A DNA stretch of 64,000 bases from Octopus bimaculoides (GCF_001194135.2 NC_068986.1:89871824-89935823), one strand, 5' to 3'; numbered from the stretch's first letter, positions 49,530-61,046 are shown. Program-made: numbers and translations. Notes: generated by a model from the sequence alone, not told the origin.

Positions 49530-51493
49530 TCAGTCTGAGGTCATTGGACTGACTCTACTTGAAGTGTTGGTAATCTGATCTAATGGCAAACAGGATGAAA
49601 GATCTGTTGAACCAGAACTCGTTACTTGTACAATAATTTCTCCATTGGCTGTTGTTGGGATGTTGATTGTATTAGCAGCAGATGTTAAAGTGCTGACCTG
49701 CTGTATGGTAGCTGGTGTCGGCTGAAGACTTGGTGGTAGGATTAACTGAAGTGAAGCTGAAGGCAAACCAGCTGCACTGCATTGTTCAAGAAGTTCGTTT
49801 TTGATATTTGAAGCGTCAATGTCAACACGAGATATTTGGACATTAATAGGAATGGTGCCTGTCTGTGAAGCATGTTGGGATAGGATATGGAGAGGGATTT
49901 CAGATGTGGCAGAATGGTGTTGTTGGTGGCTCGTCAAAGTAGGACTTAGAGGTGAATTCACAATGCTTATTTGCTCAGGACGTTGTCCAGCAACTTGGTT
50001 CGGTAGAAGCTGAGTACTGAGTGATGCTGCCGGCATACGTATGAAAGGCAAAGAGATATTTGAAATAAGCTGTAAAGTATTGGGAGCTGCCTGCAAGAAT
50101 TGTGGAGTAACAATGGTACTCTGCTGTGGCTGGCTACTCAACAAGATACCATTCATAACACTCTGAGCACCACTACTTACAGTTGGACTACTCACAGTTG
50201 AAGGTAACACTTGCGACACTGTCGTCTGTGAGCCAGTTGCTAAAGTTGATAAAGGGGCTCCTATTGAGTCCCTTGGTTGGCAATGTACTGTCTGAGATGT
50301 GTGATCAACCAAGTTTTGGCTGATAGTCTGCGGTAGACTACCAGCTTGGCTTTCTAAAGATGCAGAATTTGTGGATTGTGAGAAAATAATATTGGAAGCC
50401 AAGTCTTTAGAAATTGATATAAAAGACGAACTACTTGGTGTCATTGCTATCGTTGCTGGGGTACTGTTTGTTGATGATAGTGTTACTTGTTGTTGTAGCC
50501 GCTGCTCTTGTTGATGTTGTTGTGATTGTGGTTGGCCACTGATTAAAAGAGATTTTGAGGTCACCAAACTTTTTAAAATGGGTTGCTCTACATCTGAAGA
50601 AACTGAATTGCTGCTCAGGTTCCCAATATTCAAGAATGATTGTTGACAAACAGGAGCATTTTTATTCGATTTTGAAGTGTGTGGCGCTGTGATGATGTTG
50701 ACAATGGATGATGTGGATACCAAAGAAGAAGATTCTGACACAGATTTCACAGATGAGCTGTTCCCAGCACCAACAAGTAATGTTGTGAATTTGTTAGTAG
50801 AAGACACTGACTGGTTACTACTACTATTGTTGGTTGTGTTAGCAGTGAGAAGACTTGTCAGAGTTTGTGGTGAAGAACCTTTCATAGTATGGCTTGCCTG
50901 AGTGTTCACTGGCACCATGGGATTCTGTACTTCAAGCACTCTCATCGTTGAATTCTGCAGAGCCTTTTCAATATCTCGGTGTTGTCGCATGTGGCTTCGT
51001 AAAGAATCCTGTCGGACAAACGAAGCATTACACTGCACACAGCAAAAGGATTTCTTGCAGTTTGGTTTGATTCTCATTTGAGATCCACCAGACGGTTCCA
51101 GATTCGTTATGGGTGAAGAATTGGTGCTTGCATTGGCAGAAACTTTCTCGATAAGTTCTGATTTTTTGCGTGAACCTGTCTTCCTCTTCTGTTTCAGTTT
51201 GTCTGAATGTTTCTTTGCCATGTGAGTCTTCACATTGCTGTTCTGCTTGGAAGTGTAGGCACAATAATCACAAGAGAATGGACGATCTTCACTGTGTGTG
51301 CGCAGGTGGTTAATTAATGCACTTTTACGGGAGCATTGATATGGACAAGATGGACATTTGATGGGGCGGTCAGTATCATGAGTCTTGATATGTTCTCGGT
51401 AACTCTTACGAGAAGATGTAGCATAATTACAATTATCACAGCGGATCTGGTCGTCTGTTGAGTGGTTGATTCGATAGTGACTTTTGAGGTTAG
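49530..51493 (-). CDS. ZFP64: ZFP64-like terminal coding exon (1964 nt): end of finger 6, fingers 7-10, long S/Q/T-rich C-terminal region, stop TGA
   Basis: Acceptor (ct)n-cctacag|CT AAC. Fingers IRCDNC..H, IKCPSC..H, FSCDYC..H and an isolated finger KKSFCCVQCNASFVRQDSLRSHMRQH (recalled human KKSFHCDICDASFMREDSLRSHKRQH). Stop at 49532-49530. Confidence 0.95.
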
Positions 51494-52117
51494 CTGTAGG
51501 AGAGAGAGAGAGAGAGAGAAAGAGATATAAATTTAATGATGGGTATATCATCATATTTTTAAAATATGGTGGCCAAGAGTTGGGAAGCAAAACATTCTAA
51601 AGAAACAATCGAATGGACATTTACACATATACACGTGAGGGTGTAGGACAAAGGTGGGATCAAAAAAAGGATTATTGTTTTAGGGTTACAATGTTAAATA
51701 TGTTGGTAGTGGCGGCGGCAGCATGGACATTAACATCATCATCAGGTTTGTATTAGTGTGGGCAGCTTTTGGTAGGGGTGGCAACAGTAAGGATAAAAAT
51801 TAACTTTAGTGGTAGGGAGGGTGTTGGGTAAGTGTCTTCCTCCAATGCCATAAGTCCACCAAAGCCTTGTTAGTAAAATTTGGTAGACAGAAGCTATGCA
51901 AAAGCTTGTCAGATGTGTGTGTGTGTGTCTATATACATACATACACATACATGTGTTCATGTATGTATGTAGTTTTGTGTGTTGTATGCATGTATGACAG
52001 AAGGAAGAGTGAGAGAGGAGAGACAGAAAGAAAGAAAAACAGAGAGATGAAGAGACAGAGAGAAGTGGGGAAGAGAGACAGAGAAAGAGAAGTGATTTGG
52101 CAATATATATGACATAC

Positions 52118-52320
52118 CTTTAATTGAACACCTGTAATCACAGAGATCACACTTGTATGGCTTCTCCCCAGTGTGGATGCGGACATGTCGCTTGAGGTCT
52201 GAATTTATTTTGAACTTTGCATCACAAAGTTGACATTGAAATGGTGAGTCCCCTGTGTGTGTACGAATGTGGACAATCAACTGACTGGAATTACGACTGG
52301 CATATGGACATATCTGGCAC
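52118..52320 (-). CDS. ZFP64: ZFP64-like exon (203 nt, phase 2 to 1): fingers 4, 5 and first part of 6
   Basis: Acceptor gttatatctacag|G, donor AAA G|gtatgt. Encodes CQICPYASRNSSQLIVHIRTHTGDSPFQCQLCDAKFKINSDLKRHVRIHTGEKPYKCDLCDYRCSIK, near-identical to recalled ZFP64 (CQICPYASRNSSQLTVHLRSHTGDAPFQCWLCSAKFKISSDLKRH). Confidence 0.96.
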
Positions 52321-52389
52321 CTGTAGATATAACAAACAACACACAAATATGTTAGCATTATTTCAGTTTTAATCCTTCTGATTTCTGTT

Positions 52390-52810
52390 ATCTTTTACTT
52401 ACCTTTTATTGTTAAATACAATTTATTGTTTCAGTATTTATTCTGTTTTTTAAAACCTGATACTTATTCTATCAGTCTCTTTTGCCAAACCACTAAGTTA
52501 CAGGGCAATAAACAAACCAACACCACTTGTCAAGGCAGCGAGCTGGCAGAAACGTTAGCACGCCGGGCGAAGTGCTTAGCGGTATTTCGTCTGCCGCTAC
52601 GTTCTGAGTTCAAATTTCGCCAAGGTCAACTTTGCCTTTCATCCTTTTGGGGTTGATTAAATAAGTATCAGTTATGCACAGGGGTCGATATAATCGACTT
52701 AATCCATTTTTCTGTCCTTGTTTGTCCCCTCTGTGTGTAGCCCCTTTTGGGCAGTAAAGAAATAAGAGGTAGAGGACAAACACAAAGACACACACACACA
52801 TAGATATATA
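52390..52810. mobile_element. Old SINE B 3' half (-) with SINE A (52534-52763, +) inserted; ZFP64 intron
   Basis: B sequence ...CCACTTGTCAAG is interrupted by GGCAGCGAGCTGGCAG...GTAAAGAAAT, then resumes ...GGACAAACAC. Confidence 0.75.
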
Positions 52811-53054
52811 CATGTGTGTGTGCATGTATGAGGGGTTAGGTGGCTGAATAGATATAGATATATGTGCATATACTAAAGAGAAGAGGGCTGCTCAGAAAGC
52901 AAGAGCAATGCCAGCTCCTAACTCTGTTATTACATACTCCCACTGCAACCATGAATTTCAGCTAAAATTAGCCTAATAAGCCACCTCAGGACCCACAAAA
53001 TGTAAAGCTGATAATCTGGTCATCTTCAGAGACATGAAGTATGAATGTCATGTG

Positions 53055-53362
53055 TGTGTCATCATCATGTTGGCATGGGTTGGATGGATTGACTGAAGAC
53101 TGGCAAGCCAGCAGGCTGCACTGGGCTCCAATCTGCTCTGGATGCCCTTCCTAATGCCAACCACTCCAAGAGTGTAGTGGGTGCTTTTTACATGCCACCG
53201 GCACAGGAGCCAGTCAGGGAGCACTGGCATCGACCACATTCGGGTCGTGCTTTTTACATGCTACTGGCATGGGAGCCAGTCAGAGGGCACTAGCATTGAT
53301 TACGTTTGCATGGTGCTTTTTACGTGCCACTGGCACAGGAGCCAGTCAGGGGGGCACCATCA
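53055..53362 (-). mobile_element. Diverged RTE 3'-UTR copy with three minisatellite units
   Basis: ATCATCAT...GGATGCCCTTCCTAATGCCAACCACTCCAAGAGTGTAGTGGGTGCTTTT, then repeated GCCAC..GCACAGGAGCCAGTCAG units. Confidence 0.75.
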
Positions 53363-55165
53363 TCATACACACACACAATGGGCTTCTTTCAGTTTCCACC
53401 TACCAAATCCACTGCACAGAGCTTTGGTCAGCCTGAGGTTATAGTGGAAGACATTTGCCCGGAGTACCACACAATGGAACTGATCCCAAAACTGTTACTA
53501 ATATTTATTTATTTATCTTATATTCCAATTGGCACAGGAATGATTATGTTATGAGGTTTGCCTTGTCACCATAGGATTCTGACTCTTGGGTTCAATCTAA
53601 CTACATGGCTACCTTGGGCAAGTGTCTTCTATTATACTACCTACTGTAACCTCAAGCCACCCAATGCCCTGTGCGTGGATTTTCTAAACAGAAACTGAGA
53701 AAAAAACATGTCACATATGTGTGTGTGCATGTGTTTTTTGTGTGAGTGAGTGATTGAGTGTGTATGCGCATGTAGATGTGTTTGTGCTTATGTGTGTATA
53801 CATGTATGTGTGTACACAAGTGTGTTTGTGTGTGCGAGTGTCAGATTTTCACTAACATGTGTTAGTTTGCAATCTCCCACAAGTAAGAAGCCCCATAGTT
53901 TCGTCTCTCACTGTGAAAGAACCAGTGGATCAGCAAATGCTATGTAGTTGAACTGAATTCAAAATAACTCAAAGCAAATATATAAAAGGTCAATCACTAG
54001 TTCACTGCATTTCCAACAGAGGGAGTGATGAGGGAGTGTCATCTGTGCAACAAAGATGGAATAAAACCCCATGGTGCCTTAGTCCATCCATCCATCCTAC
54101 ATACACACACACACACACACATACACACATACATATGTACATCTGTGTATGGTTAAGAAGTTTGCTTCTTAGTCACATGACCTCGGGTTCAGTCTCACTA
54201 TGTGGCATCTCAGGCAAGTGACTTCCACTTTAGCCCTTAGGTTGACCAATGCCTGATGAGAGAATTTGGAAGACAGAAGCTCAGAAGTTGTGCAGAAGTC
54301 CTCATATATCTGATTAAGGAGAGGTGGTCAGCAAGGGTACTCACCAACAATAACCACAATTTATTAACTCACAACCGTAGATTTCACCATTTCTTCCATA
54401 CCATCCATTTATTTGTTTATTAATGTCTGTTTTTTCCATACTAGCATGAACTAGAGGGGTACAAATCTGAAGCAGAATTTAACACCCAGATGCTCTTTGT
54501 GTCATCAGCTCTGACTTGTTTTTCAAGTAAGGAAATTTATTTTTATTTCATGCATCTCTCAAAGCTCAGGACAACTGCTTTGTAATGTCAACAAGAAATG
54601 TAAACATCATTTCATTGAAGCAATGACAAATTGTGGAATATCAACATTCATACACACACACATCTATACATATGCACACACACATACAAACGGCTTCCTG
54701 TAGTTTCTGTCTACCAAGTTTACTCTCAAACCATTAGTTATCCTGGGTCTATAGTAGAAGGCACTTACCCAAGATACCAAGCATGGAACTGAACCTTAGA
54801 CCAGGTGACTGCAAAGCAAATGCCTCAATCACACATTTATGCTTGTAATTAATTATGTAGTCTATTGGCAGTCAATTTACTGTTCCTTTCGTCAACTGTC
54901 TTACCATCCACTATACCAGTCAATTTACCATTTCTTTTACCATTTCCCTTAACAGTCAATTTACTATTCTTTTTACCAGTTAACATGTCCTCCCTTTCAT
55001 CAGTTATTTTTACATTCCTTTTATTATTCCTTTACCAATTCCTTTACTATTCTTCATTAACATCTCTTTTACCACTGATTCTATTAATCCTTTTGTCAGA
55101 AATTATGCCAATTCAGCAATGCTACAGAAGTGGCACAGAAACAACAGAATTTGATACCAACTCAC

Positions 55166-55238
55166 TTGAAAGGCCTCTCATTTGTGTGAATCCGGAGATG
55201 TTTTTTCAAACTGCTGCTGTCGGCTGAGGAATATGGAC
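55166..55238 (-). CDS. ZFP64: ZFP64-like 73-nt exon (phase 1 to 2): second half of finger 3 plus linker
   Basis: Acceptor tattttctacttcag|GT, donor TTC AA|gtgagt. Encodes (C)PYSSADSSSLKKHLRIHTNERPF(K). It supplies the missing half-finger and corrects the phase between the flanking exons; recalled human ZFP64 is CDYAAADSSSLNKHLRIHSDERPFK. Confidence 0.93.
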
Positions 55239-55360
55239 CTGAAGTAGAAAATAATATATCATAGATAGAGGGGTAGTGATGGCTGTGAGGATAGGGTTTT
55301 GACTTCTGCTTTAACAAACAACCTCACAAGGCATTTCTGCACTGTGTTTCTAGGCAACTA

Positions 55361-55757
55361 AAGTGGAGGCGCAATGGCCTAGTGGTTAGGGCAGCGGACT
55401 CGCGGTCATAAGATCACGGTTTTGATTCCCAGACCGGGCGTTGTGAGTGTTTATTGAGCAGAAACACCTAAAGCTCCACAAGGCTCCGGCAGGGGATGGT
55501 GGCGAACCCTGCTGTACTCTTTCACCACAACTTTCTTTCACTCTTACTTCCTGTTTCTGTTGTGCCTGTAATTCAAAGGGTCAGCCTTGTCACACTGTGT
55601 CACGCTGAATATCCCCGAGAAGTACGTTAAGGGTACACATGTCTGTGGAGTGCTCAGCCACTTGCATGTTAATTTCACGAGTAGGCTATTCCGTTGATCG
55701 GATCAACTGGAACCCTCGATGTCGTAAGCGACGGAGTGCCAACAAAAAAAAAAAAAA
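55361..55757 (+). mobile_element. tRNA-Arg-like SINE (possibly the octopus OR type), full length, antisense in a ZFP64 intron
   Basis: Head TGGCCTAGTGGTTAGGGC...GTCATAAGAT...GATTCC aligns to tRNA-Arg; poly(A) tail; 13-bp TSD TTCTAGGCAACTA (55348-60, 55758-70). Confidence 0.9.
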
Positions 55758-56823
55758 TTCTAGGCAACTAGCAGTAAAATGATATTGAACTATCAGATCA
55801 GAGATATTAAGTCTGAGTTCTATTTCAGGTCTAAAGATGTCTGTCTCAAGTTTTTAACCTCATTAGACAGGACTCTTCTCAGTTTCATGACCTAGAAGCA
55901 ACCAAGAATACAATACTCTCCCTGAAAAGATGTTTGTCTGTTGCAGAGTTAACTCCCAGCTGTTGCTGCTACTCATTTTCATCTGAATGAACTGGAGTAA
56001 CATAAAATGAAGTGTTTTGCTCAAGAACATATTGTGCAGCCGTCTCAGAATTGAAAGCTTGATTGTAAGTTAAACACCCTAACTGCCCAATCATGTGCCT
56101 TCAGAATTTAAGTAGTGGTACCTTTTGAATTCTATCTTATTCTTGTTGTTAATGTCATTTAACCCCAGACCAATCCTGATCCAGTTGATCTATAATAAAA
56201 TGCTTTCCAGCAGAGACTATCTCATCTTGATTTCAGACATAGTATATCTAAAACCACATTACATTATCTTACTTTTGCTATTATGATCATAAGAAGAAAA
56301 AAATCTGCCTCAATAAATTCAATCTGACGTCAATATTTCGTCCAGGGTCTCCCTCTTCCACACCCTGAATAAATCTGTATCGGACTGTCAACCTTTGGAT
56401 TTCTATGTGTACCACAATTGATTAAATATAAATCAATTAAATGCACAAAACTATTATATCAAAGAATCTGAAGACACTTATTCAGCAGAAATATGTGATG
56501 GAATGTAATATGAAGAAAATGCTTTTTAATGAATAAATTTTCAAGATGTATAACTCTTAATCTTTCATTATTATGTCTTGATAAGCTCCCTCTGTATTCC
56601 ACATGAAATCCACCGAAGCGAACTCGGGGTTTACCATTCGAAGGGAGTACAGTTTAATTGTTTATTCTAAACAATTCTAAATACTTCCTATCGATCAATG
56701 TGGTTAGCCAAATCTAGATTTTATCAGATCACTTGCACAATATCTGCTCAGATTTAAAATCCCTATTCTTTTGTGTAGTGCGTGTTGTGTGTGTATGTGT
56801 GTAAAATGTATGGATATACATAC

Positions 56824-57075
56824 ACATTTCGCACTGATATGGTTTGGTGCCAGTATGGCCCCTCTCATGGATCTTCAGCTTGTCACTGCGATTAAAAGAC
56901 TTTTGACACTTTGTACACTGGAAAGGCCTCTCGCCAGTGTGTGTACGGGTATGTCGGTCAAGGTCCTTCATGTAGGCCGTCTGAAACTCACACACTTCGA
57001 AAGTGCACTTGAACTTCTTCTGGAGTGTTGGTCTGGTTTTGACAGACGTTTTAGTCCCACTAGATGTTTGGGCCG
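56824..57075 (-). CDS. ZFP64: ZFP64-like exon (252 nt, phase 1-1): C2H2 fingers 1-2 and first half of finger 3
   Basis: Acceptor tttgtttctttcag|CG, donor ATG T|gtatgt. Encodes [65 protein letters not shown], which resembles the vertebrate ZFP64 fingers as I recall them (CQFKTAYGMKDMERH, FSRKDKLKTH). Confidence 0.95.
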
Positions 57076-57274
57076 CTGAAAGAAACAAACAGAAAGAGTA
57101 AAGGTGAGACAATGAGAAAGTGTGTGATACATGATGATCTCTCTCTCTTTCTTACACACACACACAAATATACATACACAAACAAATACACACAAACACA
57201 TACACAAACACACACAAACATATATACACACATACACATACCATATGCACACACACAAACACATATACACATGA

Positions 57275-57610
57275 TACCCTGGGCAAGTGTTTTCAACTAT
57301 AACCTCAAGCAGACCAAAGCCTTGTGAGTGGATTCGGTAGATGGAAAGTGAAAGAACCCTTACGTATATGTATATATATATATGTATGAGTGTAATGTGT
57401 CTCTGTGTCTGTATTTGTCCCCCACCACCACTTGACAACCAGTGTTGGTGTGTTTACATCCAGAAACTTAGCAGTTCAGCAAAAGACACCAACAGAATAA
57501 GTACCAGGCTTAAAAAAAAAATTATTATTAACGGGATTCATTCATTTGACTAAAATTCTTCACAGCAGTGCCCCAGCATGGTCACAGTCTAATGACCGAA
57601 ACAAGTAAAC
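57275..57610 (+). mobile_element. Old 5'-truncated SINE B; ZFP64 intron
   Basis: CCCTGGGCAAGTGTTTTC...GTGGATTCGGTAGATGGAAA...CCCCAGCATGGTCACAGTCTAATGACCGAAACAAGTAA. Confidence 0.75.
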
Positions 57611-57780
57611 ATTGAAAAAAAAATGAAATAAATATATAGACTTAAAATAGCCAGTTTCAATGCTAAAGGGCCAAAGTGAGGAAGGGCCTTGTGCAGGGTC
57701 AATCTCACTCTCTAAACACTGTATACATTTTCCCAAAAAGAGGAACTAGTCTATAACATTAGATGCAAACAAAGTCACAG

Positions 57781-57987
57781 GTGATGGCTTGTTACCAACT
57801 TAATGTGGCAGCCCCAGGAAAGGGAAGAATACTACTGCTATTTAGCCCCAGGAAACACCGTTTCTAGTTGCCTACACAACACAAGCGTTCAAAAAGCCAA
57901 CTAGAAACAGTGTTTCTTGGGGCTAAATAACATTAAGATTCTTCCCTTTCCTGGAGCTGCCATATTAAGTTGGCAACAAGCCATCAC
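57781..57987. repeat. Inverted repeat: 90-bp arms (81/90 complementary), 27-nt loop, in a ZFP64 intron
   Basis: 57781-57870 is the reverse complement of 57898-57987 except at 9 positions. Confidence 0.95.
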
Positions 57988-58286
57988 TTTATTATGCTGT
58001 TATTGCATAACTCTCTCTGAGAGATTTAGAAATTTAAAGTCATAGGTGTTACATCAGAATTTAAGGGCCTCACTCACAACTGTTGGATGCCCATTGACCC
58101 TACTGAGTTCATCTACCCTTTGACAGGTCCTTTTGTTTTTTCATCCTGCAGGGGATCCAATGAAAACCACCCTCCTTGCCAAACAAGCTTGATACAGTTG
58201 GCAGTTTAATCGCTGACCACCTAATCGTGTGTGTGTGTCTGTGTCTGTATGTGTCCCTGCGTGTGTGCTGTGTGTCTGTGTACATG

Positions 58287-58336
<50 letters not shown>

Positions 58337-58344
58337 ATAGATGC

Positions 58345-58960
58345 AGACATGGCTGTGGGGTTAAGAAGTATATTTCACAACTATGTGGTTTAAAGTTCAG
58401 TTCCACTGTGCCTACTTTGGACAAGTGTCTTCTTCTATAGCCCCAGATTGACTAATTCCTTGTGAATGGATTTGCTAAACAGAAACTGTCAAGAAGGCAG
58501 CGAGCTGGCAGAAACGTTAGCACACCAGGCGAAATGCTTAGTGGTATTTCATCTGCCATTACATACTGAGTTCAAATTCCGTCGAGGTTGACTTTGCCTT
58601 TTATCCTTTTGGGGTCGATAAATTAAGTACCAGTTACGCACTGGGATCGATGTAATCAACTTAATCCCTTTGTCTCTCCTTGTTTGTCCCCTCTATGTTT
58701 AGCTCCTTGTGGACAATAAAAAAATAAGAAACTGTCCAGAAGTGCACTATGGGCACGTGTGTGTGGGAGGGGGGTGGGGTCTTTGTGTTTGTCTCTTACC
58801 AATTGACAAATGGTGTTCACGTGTTTACATCCCCATAACTCAGTGGTTCAACAAAAAGGGACAGATAAAATAAGTACCATACTAAAAATAAAAATAACAG
58901 GATTGATTTCATCAATTAAACTTATAAGACAGTGCCCCAGCATGGCCATAGTGCAGTCCA
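58345..58960 (+). mobile_element. Old SINE B with SINE A (58491-58726) inserted
   Basis: TSD AGAAACTGTC (58481-90, 58727-36) inside the B body. Confidence 0.8.
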
Positions 58961-59158
58961 ATGTATGTAAATGTGTATTTGTATGCATATGCATATGTGT
59001 GTGTATACATATGTGTGTGTGTGTTTGTCCTCCACCATTGCTTGACAACTGGTGTTGGTTTGTTTATATCCTGTGTCTTAGCAGTTTGGCAAAAGAGACC
59101 AATGAAATGAGTATCAGACTTAGAAATAAGAAACTGGGATTGATTTGTTCAACGAAAC

Positions 59159-59716
59159 CAGTGATTCTCAACCCATTTATTACCCATGGATCCCTTTGAT
59201 TTCTATTTTACTCTACTGGACCCCTTCCGTAGCCATTCACTGTGTATGAAAATGAAATTGTGATGGCACCTGTACCCAGCGTCGCCTTCTTGGCACATGT
59301 AAAGACATTCGAGCGAGATCGTGCCAGTGCTGCTGGACTGGTTCTTATGCAGGTGGCACATAAAATACACCATTTTGAGCGTGGCCATTGCCAGTACCAC
59401 CTGACTGGCCTTCATGCTGGTGGCACGTAAAAGCACCCACTACACTCTCGGAGTGGTTGGCGTTAGGAAGGGCATCCAGCTGTAGAAACTCTGCCAAATC
59501 AGATGGAGCCTGGTGTAGCCATCTGGTTCACCAGTCCTCAATCAAATCGTCCAACCCATGGTAAGTGGACGTTAAACGATGATGATGTATAAAAAAAATT
59601 GTTAGAATATTTTGTGCATTGTAGAAGTTTGAACCAATTTACTGTACATAAATTTTAACAAAATCTTATATAGACCACCTGCCAAGGGCTATATGAATCT
59701 TGGTTGAGAACCACTG
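59159..59716. mobile_element. hAT (Charlie-type) MITE
   Basis: TIRs CAGTGATTCTCAACC / GGTTGAGAACCACTG; 8-bp TSD aacgaaac / aaccaaac (1 mismatch); splits a SINE-B 3' tail. Confidence 0.8.
59262..59585 (+). mobile_element. RTE 3'-UTR copy nested in a hAT MITE
   Basis: Same family, ends GGACGTTAAACGATGATGAT; degenerate TSD tgtatgaaaatgaaattgt / tgtataaaaaaaattgt. Confidence 0.8.
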
Positions 59717-59866
59717 AACCAAACCCTTCAATGTATTGTCCCAGCATGGCCACAAACCAATGAGTGAAGCAAATAAAAGATAAAAGATAAAATGAAAAGA
59801 TAAGAATTTCTATGAGAAAAGAAAATTAATTTTATAGGAAGAAGGTAAAAGATACGTAATACAAAC

Positions 59867-60803
59867 CTTGTTTTGTTGATGTAGTTGTAGAGGTGGTGCT
59901 TGCAGTGGTTGCTGGTAGCACAGGTATTAGACAAGTAGACTGTGACTGAAAGACTGAGTTAGCTTCAACAGGATTGACGTTGTTAGAACAATCACTAACA
60001 GCAATATTGTGTTGGTTGACGTGGGATGATACTTGTGTAGATTGAGGCTGTTGCTGGTGGGAAGATGAAGAAGTTTCCAGGGACTGGCACTCGGATAAAA
60101 GGGAACTGGCATGACCCACAGAACTGTCAAATTCCTGAACGATAGCCATCAAACTGCTAACAGAACCTGCTTCTGAACTACCCAGCAGCCGTAGCCGGTA
60201 GCTATCAATCTGTGAAGTGTTCTGTGACTGAGTGGATGATACACACGAAGAGATATTGTTGATGGTAGTGATGGGGGTGGTGGTATTGTTGTTGGTGGTG
60301 GATGTAATGGTGGTATTGGTGGCAGTGGCAGTGGCAGTGGTGGTGGTGGTATTAATGGTGGTGGTAGTAATGATGTTGTTGCTGTTATTACTGTAGGGTT
60401 GTTGGTTATCACAGGAGAGTAAAGTGAAGTTTTGTGGGAGAGCCTGTTGGTTGCTAGGCAATACATCAGAGCTGATCGGAGCCAAATTCTCTAAAGATTC
60501 TGTGATGATTTGCTCAGTGAAAAACTGTTGTGCAACTGCAGCATCTCTTGAAGACGTCGCATCTGCCTGAAGTTGTTCTTGGACACGTTTTACCAGAACC
60601 TGATTGCTGACATTAGTTGATGGAGCCACGATAGATGAAGACGAGGGGCTGCTGTTCAATCCTAGGCTCTGTACTAACTGTTCTGTTGTCACAGCAACAC
60701 ACACTTGTGATGAGTTTTGATCCATTTTTGTAATATAAGCATTCTTTGCTTCACTTGACAGTTCCGAGAGATCTGTGGTACCATCAATAACATGACTGCT
60801 GGC
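59867..60803 (-). CDS. ZFP64: ZFP64-like gene, first exon visible in the window (937 nt, phase 0 to phase 1): low-complexity S/T/Q/N-rich N-terminal region
   Basis: Acceptor ctctattttctag|GCC at 60804/60803. The frame is open from the acceptor (ASSHVIDGTTDLSELSSEAKNAYITK) into the tracked ORF MDQNSSQ...STKQ. Donor CAA G|gtttgt at 59867/59866; the phase-1 G joins CG of the next exon to give GCG (Ala). No homology evidence for this exon itself. Confidence 0.75.
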
Positions 60804-60856
60804 CTAGAAAATAGAGTTGTCAATAATGAATGCTCATCATCATCTCTCTCTCTCTA

Positions 60857-60899
<43 letters not shown>

Positions 60900-61046
60900 A
60901 TCTATCTATCTCTCTTTCTTTATCTATCTCTTTGTCTCTCAAATATATACATTGTCTCTTATTCTCTCACACACTCACACCCTCTCTAACACACACACAC
61001 ACTATCACACATTGTTCTTTCTCACACACACACACAAATCCATACA

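Noticed and set aside
51494-51590. First 32 aa (MLPNSW...LSPT) of the 686-aa ORF, and the flanks of ORFs 56729-57112 and 51957-52358
   Set aside because: They lie outside the splice sites and are intronic read-through.
55361-55440. tRNA genes at SINE heads (also 18620-18702 and SINE B heads)
   Set aside because: No acceptor-stem closure; they continue into SINE bodies bounded by TSDs.
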